Part shown: in pieces, positions 36,797 to 45,376 of the stretch
Layout of the letters: each line of letters begins with the position of its first letter
Numbering within the stretch: the first letter of the stretch is position 1
Assembly (NCBI GenBank): GCA_964396845.1
Contig: CAYNGH010000002.1
Coordinates: 17,760 to 81,759 of the forward strand
Direction of reading: 5' to 3'
Length of the DNA stretch: 64,000 nt
Origin: an uncultured bacterium
GTDB taxonomy: Bacteria; Vulcanimicrobiota; JAJTBE01; CAYNGH01
Translations under genes and position numbers: made by a program
The notes under the pieces: generated by a model
The model's database searches: none
What the model saw: the letters and a program-made list of their open reading frames with translations, nothing else
Told to the model about the DNA's origin: nothing

Positions 36797-37594
36797 ATGG
36801 ATGCAGGCGGGATAAGGGCAAAATTCAACAATCTTCAAAATAGAGTTGCCGGCAAAGGCAGAGAGGTTCTGAAGTTTGACGACAAAGAGCAGGATCTTTT
36901 CCCCGGCCCTGGAGATGTGTATGTCCGGGATGTCCCCACCCGAGGAGATGTCACCATGACCGGCGTGGTGCAAAAGAACCTGAAAACAGGAGATTTCAAC
37001 CGCATTGAGTTGGAGGAAAAAGGCCACGGCGGGAAAGTTCAATATAAGTATTCCCTGAAGGAAGAAAAGGGATCCCGGAGCAAAACAGTCCTTATGAAAA
37101 CCGACACCCGCAAGGAAACAGGCATCCTGACCCGGCGGGATAACGGCCAGGACACCATATCCTTTGAAGAGATGATTTTTTTTGAATCCGCAGTTTCGCC
37201 ACAGCTGGAATCCCGCTCTGAATCCATTAAAGAAAAGGTGCAAAATGTCGCCCAGTGGGTGAACCTTCTGGACAATACTCCGGCGGATCTGGATCCTGCG
37301 CCGGGCTCTGTCATGCTTGACGGGACAAAGGTTTTTGGCCCCAAAGGCAGTATGGGGGAGTTTTCCGGCAGGGTAACCAGGGATCCCTCTGACGGAAGGC
37401 TGTCATCGGTGGAGCTGTCAGTTGCAGTGGAAGGTAAATTTGCCGGGGAATATCATCTTGTAACCAATGACAACTTTGATTATTATAAAACTGCTTCTCC
37501 CGACGAAGCAAAATCCACCCAGATATTCGACAAAAACGGCCCTAAGCTGGTTCTTCTCACAGAACAGGTAACCCGGCCACTGACAGACGAATAA
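36797..37594 (+). CDS. Hypothetical protein
   Basis: 265-aa ORF; no recognisable motif. Confidence 0.5.
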   Translation: MDAGGIRAKFNNLQNRVAGKGREVLKFDDKEQDLFPGPGDVYVRDVPTRGDVTMTGVVQKNLKTGDFNRIELEEKGHGGKVQYKYSLKEEKGSRSKTVLMKTDTRKETGILTRRDNGQDTISFEEMIFFESAVSPQLESRSESIKEKVQNVAQWVNLLDNTPADLDPAPGSVMLDGTKVFGPKGSMGEFSGRVTRDPSDGRLSSVELSVAVEGKFAGEYHLVTNDNFDYYKTASPDEAKSTQIFDKNGPKLVLLTEQVTRPLTDE

Positions 37595-37619
37595 AAACTG
37601 CCGATGCTTTAGAAATCTA

Positions 37620-39059
37620 TTATACCGGGTCCCCCACCGGCGCGCCCAGGTGAAAGGGATCCCTGAGGCGGAAGTCCCGGGTGCAGTGTCCCGGTTCGGT
37701 GATTCTGGCCACGGTTTCCATGGCATTTTCGATGGAGTGATCCATGTTGTTATACCAGAACAGGCCGGTTCTGCCCGCCAGATGCAAATTTTCCACGGGA
37801 CGAAGAGCCCGGCGCACTTTCTCTAATCTGTCCATGTAGTTTATGTCATATATGGGATAAGTGTCGGGGATCCGCTCCACATGTATCTCTTTTACAACCC
37901 GGTGATTTTTTATGGATCCCGTTTCCACCAGACCCCTGATTACCTCGTCTTGGAGTTTTTCCGGATTCTCCCAGTAACCTGACGAATCGGGGCAGGTTAC
38001 CTCAACACAGAGAGCTCCTTTTCCCGGGGGGACATTACCCTCATCAAAAGTGGCGGGATTGGTCACCCGGGAGAAAACCTGCCGACTGCCTCCAAAATAG
38101 CACCATTGGTAAGATTCCTCCGGGGGGCGATCCAGCTGGATATTGAAGATGGCAATAGGCAGATATTTCAACCCCGGATCTTCAAAACCTATCAACCGCA
38201 GGGCTTCAGTGACCGGCGCAGTCCATATGATCTCCTGGGGAGTTTCAACGGTGCCGTCGCTCATATCAATCCGGGTTATCTTGCCCTGCTGGAGGCTCAT
38301 GGAAACCGGTGTCACCCCGGTTTTAATCTCTCCCCCTGCCGAGAGGATCATTTTTTTCAGGCAGTGACAGAAAACATCGCAACCTCCCCGGGGATAAAGA
38401 AAATTAAGCTGTCGGGGACGGGGCATCATCATCAGACAGAACAGCTGGAAAATTGAACCGGTTTTTATTTTTTCGTCGATGGTAGCCCGCTCAACACCGA
38501 TTTTTGCCCAGTGATAATGTACTTTTTCCGGATCCAGCCCCAGAAATTTTTCTGTGTAAACCCGGAAGAAGGTTTCATAAAGGGTCCTTCCATATTTTTT
38601 CAGGATAAAACTGCGAAAGGAAGGATCTTCATGACCTCGGTAACCAGTCTTGGCAATAATATCAAAAAAAGCCGGCAGAGAAACACCAAGGGGCATCTGG
38701 AATACGGATCTCAACCGCAGGGGCCACGTGTGATAATGATTGTAATAATAAACCGCAGACAACCTCTCAATTTCGTTGTAACCGCCGGGAACAGCCTCAT
38801 GAAGAAAATTCATTACCCGTTGTGTTGAAGAATAAAAACGGTGAGGGCCGATGTCAAAGACATAATCACCATAACGAAAGGAACGGGCAAGGCCCCCCAC
38901 CTGTGATTCTCTTTCAATCAGGGTTACCCGGTGACCCCGCCGGACAAGCTCCAGCCCTGCCGTCAGTCCCGCAATCCCTGCGCCTGTTATGAGAAAATGC
39001 CTGTTCAATGAGCCTGTTGCCTCCGTTATCGATACCGCCCTGTCATAACCTTGATACAT
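37620..39059 (-). CDS. FAD/NAD(P)-binding oxidoreductase (amine-oxidase / desaturase-like fold)
   Basis: 479 aa; Rossmann dinucleotide motif (ITGAGIAGLTAGLEL...ERESQVGG) at N-terminus. Confidence 0.7.
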   Translation of the reverse strand: MYQGYDRAVSITEATGSLNRHFLITGAGIAGLTAGLELVRRGHRVTLIERESQVGGLARSFRYGDYVFDIGPHRFYSSTQRVMNFLHEAVPGGYNEIERLSAVYYYNHYHTWPLRLRSVFQMPLGVSLPAFFDIIAKTGYRGHEDPSFRSFILKKYGRTLYETFFRVYTEKFLGLDPEKVHYHWAKIGVERATIDEKIKTGSIFQLFCLMMMPRPRQLNFLYPRGGCDVFCHCLKKMILSAGGEIKTGVTPVSMSLQQGKITRIDMSDGTVETPQEIIWTAPVTEALRLIGFEDPGLKYLPIAIFNIQLDRPPEESYQWCYFGGSRQVFSRVTNPATFDEGNVPPGKGALCVEVTCPDSSGYWENPEKLQDEVIRGLVETGSIKNHRVVKEIHVERIPDTYPIYDINYMDRLEKVRRALRPVENLHLAGRTGLFWYNNMDHSIENAMETVARITEPGHCTRDFRLRDPFHLGAPVGDPV

Positions 39060-39070
39060 GCCGGGGAAGC

Positions 39071-40861
39071 TTATTCTCTTTCCCCCTCCAGCACTTCCTT
39101 CAACTCTGCCCTTTCATCTGGAGGCATATCTGTGGCCAGGGCTTTTATTATAAGCTCCCGGCCCTGTTGCTCCCGATGAGTCTTTAGATATATCCTCCCC
39201 ATCAAGCCCAGGAATGATCCATAACCGGAATCCGCATCCAGAGCGATTTGCGCCTGTTTCTCTGCTTCGGCATACTGCTGGAGATGAAAATAAGCCCTGG
39301 CCATCTGATAATTGAAATCCGCCATGGGCCTGACTTTCATTCCCAGCCGGGACAGCTGGATGGTTGACGGATAGTCCTCCAAGTAGTTGAGAAGGTCAAA
39401 AAGGACACTGTATGCAGGCAGGTGGGACGGGGATGTTTCAATGGCCCGGTTCAGCATTGCAACAGCTTCTGGCAATTGTTTCAATTGAAGCATCAGATCC
39501 CCGTGATAGACATCCAGCAGGGGAGATTCAACTCCTGCCTGCCGTGCTTTTTGGTAAGCTTCATGAGCTTGAACATTCCTGCCGGCGCCCTGGTGAATCA
39601 GGCCCAGAACCACATATGCCGGCCCCCGGGCCCGGGGTTTGTCCCGAAGAACATTCATCTTGTTAGACAAAGAATCCAGATTGTTGCTCCGGGAGTATAT
39701 CCCAAACAACTGCAGGTATGCCGGCAGAAAACCCGGCTCCTCTGCAATGGTTCTGTTAAAAAATTCTCTGGATTGGCTAATTTCTCCCGCCTCAGCCCTG
39801 CGAAGGCCTTCCAGGTAGTTTTTGCGGGCCTCAGTATCATCAGGAAGCAGTGTTTCGGATGCCATGGGGGATATATCCAGATTGAAGGCCGGGTAAATGG
39901 CCGTCGCGGGAACTCCCCGCCGGGGATGTCTTGCCTGATAGCTCAAGTTCAGGCTGAAGAATTCTTCCCGGCCCGGCCCGTGGGATGTATAAACGCCATA
40001 GGGTGCCCGGTGCTTTCTCCAAAGGAGGAGATATGGAGAATCGATCTCCAGGAACCGGGAAAGCCTTGTGAAAAAATTGAACCGCCCCATGGTGGGATCC
40101 GCCGGCAACCAGCCATAAGGGGCAAGGTAAACCTCCACCCAGGCATGGGTTTCTGGGGTTGTCTGGTGGATTTCCTTGAGATAAATGCCTCCGGCAAACC
40201 GGGCGGGAATCCCGGCACTCCGGCACATTGTAATCATCAGATCCGAGGCATCGGAGCACTGACAGGTGCCGGTCCGGAGGACATCCTCCACGGATTTTGG
40301 GCTGGCGGAAAGCTGAAAATCCAACTGCCGGATGAAGTCATATATTTTTTGCACTTTCATATATCGGTTATCGCCTGGACTGATAATCCGGGACAATACC
40401 TCTTTCACAGGGGGGCTTTCCGTAGGGTATCTCCGGGTGTTCCGCAGAAATGACCGGACATTGCGGGGTATATCGTCGGTAATTTTGTCCTGATCTGTCA
40501 GGTGAATGACCCGGTGGTTTTCCACCACCGATGAAACCCTGCACTGCACTGATTCACCCGGGGGAGTATTTTCAAACCGGAAAATTAGCCTGTCACCTCT
40601 GGAGTCTATTTCCTTTCTGTTGGGGACAGGAGAATATGAGATTTCCAGGACCTTCTGATGAGATAACCCATCGATGGGAACCGGCATAGATATTTCTATG
40701 TCCGCTGTTTTTCCATGATGATTTGTGTATGTAGCCACATACTCCAGCTCAAATATCTGGGCCGGGCCTGCGACAACATCACCCCATGCCGGCAAAACAA
40801 GAATTGCCAGAACAAGATACGGCAGAACCACCGGAAAATAACGGAAAAATTTTAATTTCAT
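39071..40861 (-). CDS. Transglutaminase-like domain protein with C-terminal TPR repeats, secreted
   Basis: ORF to 40942; preferred start MKLKFFRYFPVV... (signal peptide). Transglutaminase core (Cys in TGTCQCSD, HAWVEVY, D in ADPT); TPR-like C-terminal third. Confidence 0.75.
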   Translation of the reverse strand: MKLKFFRYFPVVLPYLVLAILVLPAWGDVVAGPAQIFELEYVATYTNHHGKTADIEISMPVPIDGLSHQKVLEISYSPVPNRKEIDSRGDRLIFRFENTPPGESVQCRVSSVVENHRVIHLTDQDKITDDIPRNVRSFLRNTRRYPTESPPVKEVLSRIISPGDNRYMKVQKIYDFIRQLDFQLSASPKSVEDVLRTGTCQCSDASDLMITMCRSAGIPARFAGGIYLKEIHQTTPETHAWVEVYLAPYGWLPADPTMGRFNFFTRLSRFLEIDSPYLLLWRKHRAPYGVYTSHGPGREEFFSLNLSYQARHPRRGVPATAIYPAFNLDISPMASETLLPDDTEARKNYLEGLRRAEAGEISQSREFFNRTIAEEPGFLPAYLQLFGIYSRSNNLDSLSNKMNVLRDKPRARGPAYVVLGLIHQGAGRNVQAHEAYQKARQAGVESPLLDVYHGDLMLQLKQLPEAVAMLNRAIETSPSHLPAYSVLFDLLNYLEDYPSTIQLSRLGMKVRPMADFNYQMARAYFHLQQYAEAEKQAQIALDADSGYGSFLGLMGRIYLKTHREQQGRELIIKALATDMPPDERAELKEVLEGERE

Positions 40862-41041
40862 CTGATGCTCTTTCTTCAGGGCCTGCTTCCCGCAGGAGAT
40901 TATCACCTGCCAAGTATAACAAAAAACCCGGCACTTATTCAACAGGGTATTAAAAAGGAATAATCATTATAAAATGGAATAAAAAAACAAGCGATACATC
41001 GGTAATAAAAAAGGGGAATTGATCCCGAAGGAGCCTTCACC

Positions 41042-41869
41042 ATGAAAGTTTTCCGCATTTTGCTGACTGTCCTTACTATTTTAGCCATTGCACCATGGGC
41101 TTACCCCCAGGTGAAGAACGTATCCAATAATGAAAAGGACACTGTAAAAATTACAAAAATAACGCCCAGAACCCTTTCCCACCTGTTAAAACCAATCAAC
41201 TATCAGGTAACCGCCGAGGTGGATTACAATCTGGCGACTCAAACCGAAGGAAAGATTGTATTCCAGGTAATAATGGTAAACAGCAAGGGTGAAGCATCGG
41301 AATTGACCAGTTCCCGCAAGATATATCCCATAACCGGTGGAAGCGGGGTCAAACAGGTAAGCTCGGGCCCGGTTCAGTTCAAGACCGAGGATGATGTGAC
41401 CATGCTGTTCATGGTTGCCAGCCTTACCGGCCCCAGGGGGAGGGAGCTGGCCTTTTCATCCTCTAAAAACTTCGTGGCAGGCACCTTCAAGATATTCCCC
41501 GACAACCGGAAGGCCACCCGCGACTTTATCCGGCGCATCGACATTCAGCCCCGTCCCAACAGCGATATTATTACCGGCAAGTCATCGGATTTTCACATTA
41601 TTCTCGATTACGGCATCCAATCAGAAGAGATAGGATATGTGGATGTTCTTTTCCAGAAAATGAGCGATGTTGGCACAGCCCAGGCCCTGAAGATGGTCAC
41701 CCTGGCGGTCCCCAGAGGACAAGGCAAGATCAGCCTCAAGCCTGTGCTTTTCTTTGAGGACAACCTCGCAGGGAACAATATCGGAATCACCATATTTCTG
41801 TGGACAGAACCCCTCAAAGCTGCCGCGGACGTCATCCGCATCAACGAGTATTTCTTGAAAAAACGCTGA
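41042..41869 (+). CDS. Hypothetical secreted protein
   Basis: 275 aa; N-terminal signal peptide MKVFRILLTVLTILAIAPWAYPQ. Confidence 0.5.
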   Translation: MKVFRILLTVLTILAIAPWAYPQVKNVSNNEKDTVKITKITPRTLSHLLKPINYQVTAEVDYNLATQTEGKIVFQVIMVNSKGEASELTSSRKIYPITGGSGVKQVSSGPVQFKTEDDVTMLFMVASLTGPRGRELAFSSSKNFVAGTFKIFPDNRKATRDFIRRIDIQPRPNSDIITGKSSDFHIILDYGIQSEEIGYVDVLFQKMSDVGTAQALKMVTLAVPRGQGKISLKPVLFFEDNLAGNNIGITIFLWTEPLKAAADVIRINEYFLKKR

Positions 41870-41904
41870 TGCTGTTTCCCGCAGGCAACCAACGCCAGCA
41901 ATGT

Positions 41905-41949
41905 TAAAAACCCCGGCAGTATCAGTCCTGTCGGGGTTTAATTTTTACA
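41905..41949. terminator. Bidirectional Rho-independent terminator between convergent genes
   Basis: CCCCGGCAG-tatcagt-CTGTCGGGG (9-bp stem with one G-U) flanked by A5 upstream and TTTAATTTTT downstream. Confidence 0.65.
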
Positions 41950-41968
41950 AGGGTATTTTCCGATACTT

Positions 41969-43060
41969 TCACCGGGTAGTGAATTCGAAATCCTTGATGA
42001 GCCATCCCAGCCGATCCAGCTGAGTTTTCTTTTCGTCAATGTCGCTCTTCATGTTGTCCCGGTGTTCTCGAACCTGGCCAATATCATAATTCAGCCGGGA
42101 TTGTTCCTCCTCAAGCCGGGCAATTTCTGCTTCCAGGCGGTCTTTTTCTTTTTGAGCTTCTTCTTTTTTTATCCGGTCTTCCTGAGCTTTAGCCTCGTCC
42201 CTGCGTTTCGTTTCCTCCAGCCGGCTTTTTTCTGCCTGTTTGCTTTCCAGTTGAGTCTGTTTTTCGGAAACTTCCTTCTCCAGCTGGGCTATCTGAGGCT
42301 CAAGCTCTTCTTTCTTTTCAGGATCATCCTTGACCTGCCCTTTCAGCTGGGCGATTTTGGATTCCTTTGAAGAGATGTCGCCGGAAACCTGGGATATGCC
42401 GGAATTGACCTCCTTCAGGCGATTGTCAATATCCTGCCGGTTGTCAGGAGAATCGAGGCTGTCGATTTCGTTTTTCCTGGACTCGGCTTCTTTTCTCAGG
42501 GCTTCCTCCTGAGCCTTTTTTTCTTCCAGCTGGGCTTTCATCTCGGCTTTCTGCCGGGCCACCTCTTCCAGCCGGTTCATCATCGACTCCAGAGCAAAAC
42601 TCCTCTCGTTATGCTTGTAGTCGAGGAAACGCAAGCCGGCATCCCGGTTGTCGCCCCACTGCCGAATTCCCATGGACAGATCCTGGGCATCGTGCCAGGG
42701 CAGAAAATATGCCGCCTGCTGATCCAGGTCTTCCAGAGCAGAAATATATGTGGGATTGTTTGGAGCAAACTTATCCGCCGTGACAGCGGAATAACCGGAG
42801 GATTCCTGATTGCTTCTGCTGTCAACAGCATCGATGGGATCTACCGGTTCCACCGGGGTATAAAAATTCCCCATGCGCAACTGCTGTATGGCCTTTGCCG
42901 CCAGGGGCATTTCAATGGGCATCTCCCGGCTGAAGGTCATCCTGTCGGGAGAAAAAATCGGCATCCCGCCGGTGGAGGAGGTGAATCCCGGGGAATAAGG
43001 CATCATACCGGTGCCGGAAATCATATTGGGGTTATATTGAATCGGGGTGATATTATACAT
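41969..43060 (-). CDS. Hypothetical protein: Met/Pro/Gly-rich N-terminus, long charged coiled-coil C-terminus
   Basis: 363 aa; C-terminal ~200 aa heptad-rich K/E/Q (LEEKKAQEEALRKEAESRKNEID...). Confidence 0.5.
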   Translation of the reverse strand: MYNITPIQYNPNMISGTGMMPYSPGFTSSTGGMPIFSPDRMTFSREMPIEMPLAAKAIQQLRMGNFYTPVEPVDPIDAVDSRSNQESSGYSAVTADKFAPNNPTYISALEDLDQQAAYFLPWHDAQDLSMGIRQWGDNRDAGLRFLDYKHNERSFALESMMNRLEEVARQKAEMKAQLEEKKAQEEALRKEAESRKNEIDSLDSPDNRQDIDNRLKEVNSGISQVSGDISSKESKIAQLKGQVKDDPEKKEELEPQIAQLEKEVSEKQTQLESKQAEKSRLEETKRRDEAKAQEDRIKKEEAQKEKDRLEAEIARLEEEQSRLNYDIGQVREHRDNMKSDIDEKKTQLDRLGWLIKDFEFTTR

Positions 43061-43248
43061 GATAAAAATCCTTTCAGGTGTCTGTCCATATATTATAACA
43101 ACAAATGCATACCCTGTCCACGGATATTATTTTAAAAAAATGTTAAAGATTGTTCCCTCTGGTAAACTAAATTAATATTGTGGAATGATTCTTGTCCTGA
43201 TGCGTCGAATAAATCAATGGAAAAAAGATAATCGTCGGGAGGTATCCA

Positions 43249-44355
43249 ATGAAACGTCTGATTCTGGTCTTTTCTCTCTTCTGTCTTATCATGGGGGTTG
43301 CCTACGGTTTTACCGCCCATGAAGAAAGCGTGATAACCGACAGGGATTTCAAAGAGATTATAGGGCCAAAGCTGGTATCCATGCCCCTGGTTCGCTTTTC
43401 GTCGGTGGAGGGTATGATGTTTGTAATGGCACGGGATGAAGCCACCCGTGACCTGGAATGGTTTCTGGTGAACCCTTTCACCAGAAGAGTTGTCCGGCAG
43501 GGCAAGTGTCCTTTCGCCGCTTTCACTGCCTCCACCATATCACCCCTGGCCAACAGGGTTCTGGCATTTTCCCGGTATCCTACTGCCATATGGTCCCTGG
43601 ACCTGGGCTCCGGTAACTGGACCCGGCTTTATGAAAACACCAAGGGAAAGGGACTCAACATCCTGAGTATATCTCCCCTGGAATATGCTGATTCTCTCTG
43701 GGCTTACACCATACTGGATCAGCGGGACGAAGAAGGATTTGTGGTTGATACCGCAGTTCTGGCGATGATTCCTACTCCCTTCACTAAACTCCAGATGGTT
43801 ACTCTTCGGGAGTTAAAGGATCTGGCGGTAAAGCTGGCGGTGGGAGGCGGAAGAGTTCCCAGCGGATGGCGTTATCATGCGGATCTTCTCACATTCGGCC
43901 CTGACAAGAGCCTGGTTTTTATCCTCAAGTCCAAGGGCCGTGGCCGGGACGGCAAGGAAGTAGATTACCTGATGCGTCTTTCAGACAACAAAAAATTGAT
44001 CCTTCTTGATAAAAGCGAGGGAAGACTGTTTCCCATGGATCATGCCGGCACTCCTCCGGCGGTCCTTTACCGGGAAACCGTTGACGGCAATTCCCAGCTC
44101 AAAATGTGGAAAGAAGGCAAAATCACTGTTATTGCCAATGACAAGGTCATATCGGCAAAACTCCTGGATGACGGCACTGTGGCTTATTCCGCGGTGAAGG
44201 GAGCTTCCATGGAGCTTTACATGGGCAAGCCCGGCGAGAAGTTCTCCCGGCTGATGACTCTGAAGCAGCCTTACCGGGTGGGCTTCATGAGAAGCGGTCG
44301 CAAGATGATACTGATGAGCAGGAACGAGATCAAATGCTTCAGGATTTCAAAATAA
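43249..44355 (+). CDS. Hypothetical secreted protein
   Basis: 368 aa; signal peptide MKRLILVFSLFCLIMGVAYG. Confidence 0.5.
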   Translation: MKRLILVFSLFCLIMGVAYGFTAHEESVITDRDFKEIIGPKLVSMPLVRFSSVEGMMFVMARDEATRDLEWFLVNPFTRRVVRQGKCPFAAFTASTISPLANRVLAFSRYPTAIWSLDLGSGNWTRLYENTKGKGLNILSISPLEYADSLWAYTILDQRDEEGFVVDTAVLAMIPTPFTKLQMVTLRELKDLAVKLAVGGGRVPSGWRYHADLLTFGPDKSLVFILKSKGRGRDGKEVDYLMRLSDNKKLILLDKSEGRLFPMDHAGTPPAVLYRETVDGNSQLKMWKEGKITVIANDKVISAKLLDDGTVAYSAVKGASMELYMGKPGEKFSRLMTLKQPYRVGFMRSGRKMILMSRNEIKCFRISK

Positions 44356-44401
44356 TCTCGATACTGCTGAGGCTGACTGTTGGGAGTCCGGAAGGACTCC
44401 C

Positions 44402-44938
44402 TTGTTATCCCGGCAGAATTTTTCCGGCAGGATTACAGAGTTGAATGATACGGAATATAACATCCGGGTGGACTTGCAGGGTTGCATTCTCCGGGTTTTT
44501 GATTCAACCGGGGGACTTGTGGCAGAGTATCCGGTGATTGTAGGGCGAAGAACCAGCCTGGGCCATAAGAATTTCCAGGGGGACTGCCGGACTCCCCGGG
44601 GAGTTTACCGGGTCTGCACCCTGAACCGGCAGTCCAGGTTCACCTTGTTTTTTGGATTATCCTATCCCGGCCCCGGCGATGCCAGAGAAGCTCTCAGACA
44701 GGGCATTATCAGCGGGGAGGAATTTGAATCCATAATTCAAGCTCACCGGGCCTGCCGACGACCTCCCTGGGATACTCCCCTTGGCGGGGAGATAGGGATT
44801 CATGGCGGAGGAATTGAACGGGAAGGGACCCGGGGCTGTGTCGGTATGCGGGATGAGGATGTGCTGGAACTTGCCCGATATGTTAAGATGGGAACCCCGG
44901 TGGAGCTTTTTTACCGGGGCAGAGCCGGCCAGTCCTGA
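44402..44938 (+). CDS. L,D-transpeptidase (YkuD domain) protein
   Basis: 178 aa; catalytic block IGIHGG...TRGCVGM (His/Cys of the L,D-TPase motif); non-ATG start is uncertain. Confidence 0.6.
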   Translation: MLSRQNFSGRITELNDTEYNIRVDLQGCILRVFDSTGGLVAEYPVIVGRRTSLGHKNFQGDCRTPRGVYRVCTLNRQSRFTLFFGLSYPGPGDAREALRQGIISGEEFESIIQAHRACRRPPWDTPLGGEIGIHGGGIEREGTRGCVGMRDEDVLELARYVKMGTPVELFYRGRAGQS

Positions 44939-44995
44939 AAGGAATCCTGCCGGTGGCAGATAATATAGCATGAACACAAATAGGGGGAACCCTCG

Positions 44996-45376
44996 ATGGC
45001 AGAGGAAAAAAAGATAGTTCTCATTGTGGAGGACGAACATCATGTCCGGGATATTGCCCGGATTGTTCTTGAGCTTGAGGAATTTGAAGTGTGGGAGGCT
45101 GAAAACGGCAGGCTGGCCCTGGACATGCTCTCAGACCGGCTTCCTGATTTAATCATCACCGATATTATGATGCCGGAAATGGACGGGGTGGAGTTTTTTC
45201 TATCCCTGAAGGAATCAGACAGGACATCCTCCCTGCCGGTTATAGTGCTGACGGTAAAGAGCCAGTTTGAGGACATCAAATACGCATCCCTTCTGGGGAT
45301 GGATGAGTATATGACAAAGCCCTTCGACCCCAGGGACCTGGTAAAAAAGGTGAGGGAACTGCTAAAGGATAAATGA
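44996..45376 (+). CDS. Single-domain response regulator (receiver)
   Basis: 126 aa; LIVEDEHHVRDI, DLIITDIMMPEMDG, YMTKPF; stop overlaps the mutS ATG (ATGA). Confidence 0.8.
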   Translation: MAEEKKIVLIVEDEHHVRDIARIVLELEEFEVWEAENGRLALDMLSDRLPDLIITDIMMPEMDGVEFFLSLKESDRTSSLPVIVLTVKSQFEDIKYASLLGMDEYMTKPFDPRDLVKKVRELLKDK

